Source: Obrimoposthia wandeli (lineage: Eukaryota). Taken from it: a DNA stretch of 64,000 nucleotides. The stretch covers positions 1 to 64,000 of the forward strand of contig CDROCS010000644.1 of the NCBI GenBank assembly GCA_977020255.1. The letters are read 5' to 3'. Below the pieces are notes generated by a model, which worked only from the letters and a program-made list of their open reading frames with translations, searched no databases and was not told the origin of the DNA. Made by a program: the position numbers and the translations under genes. Positions 62,319 to 64,000 of this stretch are shown piece after piece. How positions within the stretch are numbered: the first letter of the stretch is position 1; each line of letters starts with the position of its first letter.

Positions 62319-63590
62319 ATGGTTACAAAAGAGTATTATTCGTTAAATGAGGTTTCTGAAATTTTAGGTAAAAGTAAAGAAACATTAAGACGTTGGGATA
62401 GAGAAGGTAAATTTTCTGCTGTTAGAGAACCTATTAGTCAATATAGAATTTATAAGAAAGAACAGATAAATTCTCTATTAGAACAATTGTCTATCGATTA
62501 CGAAGATACAACTGATAATTCAGTAAGTCCGATTCAAGATTTTAAAGTTTTAGAATTATTTGCAGGAGCAGGAGGTTTAGCTGTAGGTATGGAAAAAGCA
62601 GGTATTAAATGTGTTGCTTTAAATGAAATAGATAAATGGGCTTGTAAAACATTAAGAGAAAATAGACCTAAATGGAATGTTTTAGAAGGCGATATTAAAT
62701 CTTTCGATTTTACAGAATATAATAATACAGTAGATATAGTTACTGGAGGTTTTCCTTGTCAAGCATTTAGTTATGCAGGAAAAAAATTAGGATTGCAAGA
62801 TGCAAGAGGAACACTTTTTTATGAATTTGCAAGAGCTGTAAAAGAAGTAAATCCACTGATTTGTATTGGTGAGAATGTAAAAGGATTATTATCTCACGAA
62901 AAAGGAAAAACAATTGAAGGTATGATTTCAATTTTAGATGAAATCGGCTATAATGTTGTACCTGTGCAAGTTTTAAAAGCTATTAACTATAAGGTTCCTC
63001 AAAAAAGAGAACGTGTAATTTTAGTTGGAGTTAGAAAAGATATTGACTTGAAGTATGAATACCCAAAACCACACAATAAAATTTACAATTTAATTGATGC
63101 TCTTAAAAAAGGCGAATTATATGATTGTAACGTCCCAAAATCGGAAGGGTCAAAATACCCTGAGCATAAAAAAGTTGTATTAGATTTAGTTCCTCAAAAA
63201 GGGTATTGGAGAAATTTACCTTTAGATATTCAAAAAGAATATATGGGTAAGAGTTTTTATCTTAGTGGTGGAAAAACAGGTATGGCAAGAAGAATTGGAT
63301 GGGATGAGCCAAGTCTTACATTAACCTGTAGTCCTGCTCAAAAACAAACAGAAAGATGTCATCCAGAGGAAACACGTCCGTTTACAGTAAGAGAATATGC
63401 TAGAATACAAACCTTTCCGGATGATTGGAAATTTATGGGTTCTGTTTCTCAACAATATAAACAAATAGGAAATGCAGTTCCATGTAATTTAGGACAAGAA
63501 ATTGGTTATTCAATTATTAAGTTTTTAAATGGATATTACTCAAAATTAAATAGTTCAGAGTCTGTAATTTCTTCAGCTAATTCAGTATAA
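62319..63590 (+). CDS. dcm: Type II DNA (cytosine-5)-methyltransferase with N-terminal MerR/Xis-like HTH
   Basis: YSLNEVSEILGKSKETLRRWD (HTH), LELFAGAGG, GGFPCQ, ENVKG, QKRERV, TVREYARIQTFPD, KQIGNAVP. Start placed at MVTKEY (the track starts at 62148). Confidence 0.95.
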   Translation: MVTKEYYSLNEVSEILGKSKETLRRWDREGKFSAVREPISQYRIYKKEQINSLLEQLSIDYEDTTDNSVSPIQDFKVLELFAGAGGLAVGMEKAGIKCVALNEIDKWACKTLRENRPKWNVLEGDIKSFDFTEYNNTVDIVTGGFPCQAFSYAGKKLGLQDARGTLFYEFARAVKEVNPLICIGENVKGLLSHEKGKTIEGMISILDEIGYNVVPVQVLKAINYKVPQKRERVILVGVRKDIDLKYEYPKPHNKIYNLIDALKKGELYDCNVPKSEGSKYPEHKKVVLDLVPQKGYWRNLPLDIQKEYMGKSFYLSGGKTGMARRIGWDEPSLTLTCSPAQKQTERCHPEETRPFTVREYARIQTFPDDWKFMGSVSQQYKQIGNAVPCNLGQEIGYSIIKFLNGYYSKLNSSESVISSANSV

Positions 63591-64000
63591 CCTTGTTTAA
63601 AGAATTGTTCAGTATCTAATGATAAAATCATTTTATCTAAATTGATAACTAGTTTATTATAAAAGTCAGGAAACCCAGTAATTCTATGCCAAAAATCGAC
63701 TCCAATTATTACAGGGTGTTTCTCATCAATTTTTTTATAATGTTGGCTTAATTGATTTTCTGCACCATATAATACACCTAAAATTAAATCAGAATTATTT
63801 AGGCTAATTTGATTTGTTCTAGCTAAGTTAGCCACTGTTGAAAACTTCTTTAATAAAGGATTCACATCTTCATAGTTTATAGTGTTTGGGCCGGATTTTA
63901 ATTGACACCATTTTTTTCTGTTATCTATCTTGTCAATAAATTCAATATCCATTCCTTTTATTAAAGAACCATCTGCTAATTTTAATTCAACAAACATATT
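63536..64000 (-). CDS. Type II restriction endonuclease, C-terminal part (5' partial), Sau96I/Eco47II-type by inference
   Basis: Convergent with the MTase. MDIEF...WCQLKSGPNTIN (PD-(D/E)xK-like, QxK) and G.DFWHRITG..DFY. Frame is open at the window end. Confidence 0.75.
   Translation of the reverse strand, partial: NMFVELKLADGSLIKGMDIEFIDKIDNRKKWCQLKSGPNTINYEDVNPLLKKFSTVANLARTNQISLNNSDLILGVLYGAENQLSQHYKKIDEKHPVIIGVDFWHRITGFPDFYNKLVINLDKMILSLDTEQFFKQGYTELAEEITDSELFNFE

Overview
This is an AT-rich chromosomal window from a Flavobacteriaceae (Bacteroidota) genome; gldJ, porV and TAnnTTTG promoter boxes fit a Polaribacter/Tenacibaculum-like organism (inference). From 1 to 12.3 kb lies the distal part of a surface-polysaccharide locus. 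It holds a PseG-PseH-like fusion, a disrupted pseudaminic acid synthase, a Wzx flippase, an Fe(II)/2-oxoglutarate dioxygenase, a sialyltransferase-like GT, an EpsG/Wzy-like polymerase, a GT2, a phosphoglycosyl transferase, an aminotransferase and rmlACDB. From 12.3 to 52 kb the genes are mostly housekeeping: guaA, cdd, porV, gldJ, murF, ccsBA, psd, methylmalonyl-CoA mutase, udk, tRNA-Thr, crcB, folP, dacA, truA and rho. Two accessory patches interrupt this stretch. One is a tandem-duplication scar (a paralogue pair plus a fossil copy of an ABC-transporter 3' end). The other is a LuxR regulator / repeat lipoprotein / TPR histidine kinase module with several unexplained operator-like motifs and a shredded sensor domain. 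From 52.4 to 56.6 kb a TonB receptor and lipoprotein cassette is bounded by a 39-bp direct repeat of the tRNA-Pro 3' end and terminator, so it is a probable islet. From 56.8 to 64 kb come trxB, a cupin, a long PLP enzyme, a membrane hypothetical and a type II restriction-modification system whose C5 methyltransferase carries an HTH domain. I saw no CRISPR array, rRNA, integrase or transposase. All family calls come from motif recognition by eye; no searches were run.
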